From NCBI GenBank assembly GCA_010015585.1, contig ML975162.1: a DNA stretch of 64,000 nt; one strand, given 5' to 3'. A program made the position numbers and the translations under genes. This stretch comes from Eremomyces bilateralis CBS 781.70 (Eukaryota). This document shows positions 61,349 to 64,000 of this stretch, piece by piece. Under the pieces are notes generated by a model. The model did not search any database, was not told the DNA's origin, and was given only the letters and a program-made list of their open reading frames with translations. Position 1 is the first letter of the stretch. Every line of letters starts with the position of its first letter.

Positions 61349-63451
61349 ATGACGCAACAACTAAGTGCTGTTGCTGCAGCCAAGGCACGGCAGGCTCAAT
61401 ATCGAGAACAGACCTACGAGTCCGACAGCAACGATGAAGCCTTACCAGAGTCAGAAAACGAAGATGGCCAATTCATCCCCAAAGACCGGCGACTGTCTCA
61501 GTCCGACCTAAATCAGACCATGGCTGATATTACGGCAATGGAAGAAAGCGACGAGGAGGGCGCAGATGCAGAGGTACCAATCGGGCCAAGACTCGCGGGT
61601 CCAGATCTCGAGCTTTCCATACTGGACCCAGCACACGCGACCTTCCAGAGCAAAGTCACTACCAACTTGGCCCGCAAGGAAGTCCATGTATATCCTTCGG
61701 ATCGCATAGCGTATCTGGGTGTGTACGATTTTCGGGTCATGGCCGGGGTAGTTGCGATCTGCGGTGCAGCACTTGCCTCCAATCCTACCCGATGGTTCAG
61801 GGTGCATGCATTTGCCTCTCACTCTCTTCCGGTTATGTCATTAATGGCGGGCGGATCACGGGGATACGCCATTGTGGAGTTCGCGTGCCCAATCGACGCC
61901 TTCCCAGACGACGCCTGTCCTCGCAAGCAAGTGACTATGAGAATATTGCAGAAGGTTTCCTCAAACTTTGTCAACCTCTGGATTCCGAGTAGCATGGCCA
62001 AGGTTGGGAAAAACCAACCTCCAATCACCTTCGGCTACGTAAGTTCATATATAAAACACTGAACGGCAACCTCTAACGTCCACCAGCTCCATAAATCCAT
62101 TGACGACCCTTTAAATCGGCGACCCACGGCATTCGATATCTCGAAGCCTTGGGCTACTATCGCCGAAAATCTCACGCGCTCTCTTGGAAACGCACGCTAT
62201 CCAGTCGTCTTAATCTGCGGAGGGCAGCTGGGTCAGAACTCGCTGTTCGCTCAGATTCTAACTAACAACATACTCTCTCGACAAGAAGATGAAGATCGAG
62301 TGGTCATGTTCCTCGACCTGGACCCAATTCATCCAGACTATGGACCTCCAGGCCAGGTGTCTCTGGTCATGGTTCGGTCAATGAATTTCGGACCTCCTTT
62401 TATCCACGCACATCCAGGAGTAGGCGACCAAAATACCGTCATATACTCCCATGCCATACCGAAATATGCCGCTCGAGATGACCCCGACCAGCTTCTTTCA
62501 TGTGCGAAGCATCTATATAAAATGTATGTCGCACTAAAAGATGGATCAGAGTCGACCTGGGGCCCGTCCAAACCCTCCATACTACCTTTGGTCATTAAAA
62601 CCCCGACATGCTTCCGAGCCTACGGCGAGCAAGCTCTCACCTCCCTCCTTCTACACTTCAGCCCCGTGCTCACACACTGGTATTCCGTCGGCCCGTTCCC
62701 CTACTTCGATGACTATAAACCGGCCCTCAAAATCCCGGAGGTGAAGCTCGACGGCCTTACTTTCGCCAACGGGCTTCTTCTTACCTCTGAAACACTCTTT
62801 GAAATGCAACAACAGGCGTATTTTCATGCGGAGCAAACCCTCTCTGCGCATAAGAAGTGGAACTGCGAGCCCTTGAGTTTGGCCGCGCCATATACCGTGC
62901 CATACACAGGCAATCAGCCCGGCTTCCTCGCCATCCACCTATCCGGCGACTTCCGCTGGCCCCACCGACTCCACGACATCCTCAATGGCGCCATCGTCGC
63001 CATCACCATCATCCAAGATCTCGAGAAATTCCCGACCGCCCGAATCAAGTCGTCCGAGCCATCCGGCATCCCCTACCTCGCCCCTGACTCCCTCGGCATC
63101 CACCCCCCCCTCGACCCCCACAACTCCTCCACCATTGGATTCGGCTATGTCCAATCCGTGCGACACGCAGAGTGCGCGTTGGACATCGTCACGCCGATCG
63201 CAAGAGACATCATGGAGAAGCTTCCGCATGATAGGATTGTGCTGCAGGTCGGTCTTGTCCCCGCGCCCGGATGGGCGTATCTGGAAGCGGCGACACTGGC
63301 GGGGACGGTGAGCGTGCCGGAGGATGAGGAGGGGGAGATCATGGAGACGGATAAGATGCCGCAGGCGTGGGTGAGGGAGCGGGGGAGGGGGGGGACGACG
63401 GTGCTAAATTCGTGGTTGGGGCAGTCGGCGAAGAAGGCGAGGGCGCCTTGA
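61349..63451 (+). CDS. GRC3: Grc3/Nol9-like polynucleotide 5'-kinase family protein with a degenerate P-loop
   Basis: LSAVAAAKAR, GVVAICGA, VHAFASHSLP, FLDLDP...PPGQVSL, LNGAIVAI, LDPHNSSTIGFGYVQSV and VTPI. Intron 62039-62086. Confidence 0.75.
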
Positions 63452-64000
63452 GTGTTGGAAATGGCAAGGGGGCAATGGATCGGTGTTGAATAGCGGGGAA
63501 AGATGCGAAGACAATGTTATTGGGGGTGTTATCGTCCACAATGTGCACAATATCCAGTTTTCCGGAACGGAGTTGTCAGCTCCGAAACAGGTGTACAGGT
63601 AGCGCGTGAAACTAGCCTGGAATCCTCTCTACTGTTGTTCTGCCAGGTATTATTCCCAACTATCAGTCGGAAACGCTGCTATTGGATCAATGGTTGTCAA
63701 TGCTTCGTTGGCTAGAAAGAGACCAAACCAGGGAGAATCAGCTATTACAAGCAACCAATCAACTGAAGGGAGCTCAGTTTTTCGAACTGTGAATCATCGA
63801 CTGGCTTTGATGTAATTATGTTGTTTCTTTGGGTCCCTTGGTGAGTACTAGGGACAGTTGTCGTGTGTGTTCACTGAGGTGCCCTAATTACCCCCTTCTG
63901 GTGGTTCCTGATAGAAATATGGTTTAGTATAGGCATTAGCCATCCAAGATCGCTGCATAGTATAAGTATAGAAAATAAACACTCAATCGCTCATTTTCAT

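Overview
Gene-dense region of a filamentous ascomycete (Pezizomycotina) genome with short spliceosomal introns. Most of it is housekeeping: PRM1, 2-hydroxyacyl-CoA lyase, ANT1, an MRX7-like microprotein, a protein tyrosine phosphatase, AzgA purine permease, tRNA-Leu(AAG), a Whi5-like repressor, a metalloprotease-jacalin protein, ApsB/Mto1, SHMT, MED9, iPGM, RecQ, a KstD-like flavoprotein, a MARVEL-like protein, RPA34 and a GRC3-like gene. The exception is an accessory immunity island at about 5.1-11.2 kb. There an NB-ARC/TPR NLR gene lies head-to-head with a SesB-like alpha/beta-hydrolase gene. The NLR N-terminus (on its own exon) and the hydrolase C-terminus share a 26-aa motif, S-x-F-x-G-x-[IV]-x3-T-[VM]-I-x-G-T-x3/4-G-G-T-x-N-F. 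This is the layout of an amyloid-signalling receptor/effector pair, and I cannot match the motif to the classical HET-s, PP or sigma motifs. The island is bracketed by a roughly 530-bp near-identical inverted copy of the NLR 3' end, which is fused to a fragment of a diverged NLR. A second oddity is that the GRC3/NOL9-like kinase gene has lost its Walker A Gly-Lys. All gene models and family calls are by eye; no database searches were run.
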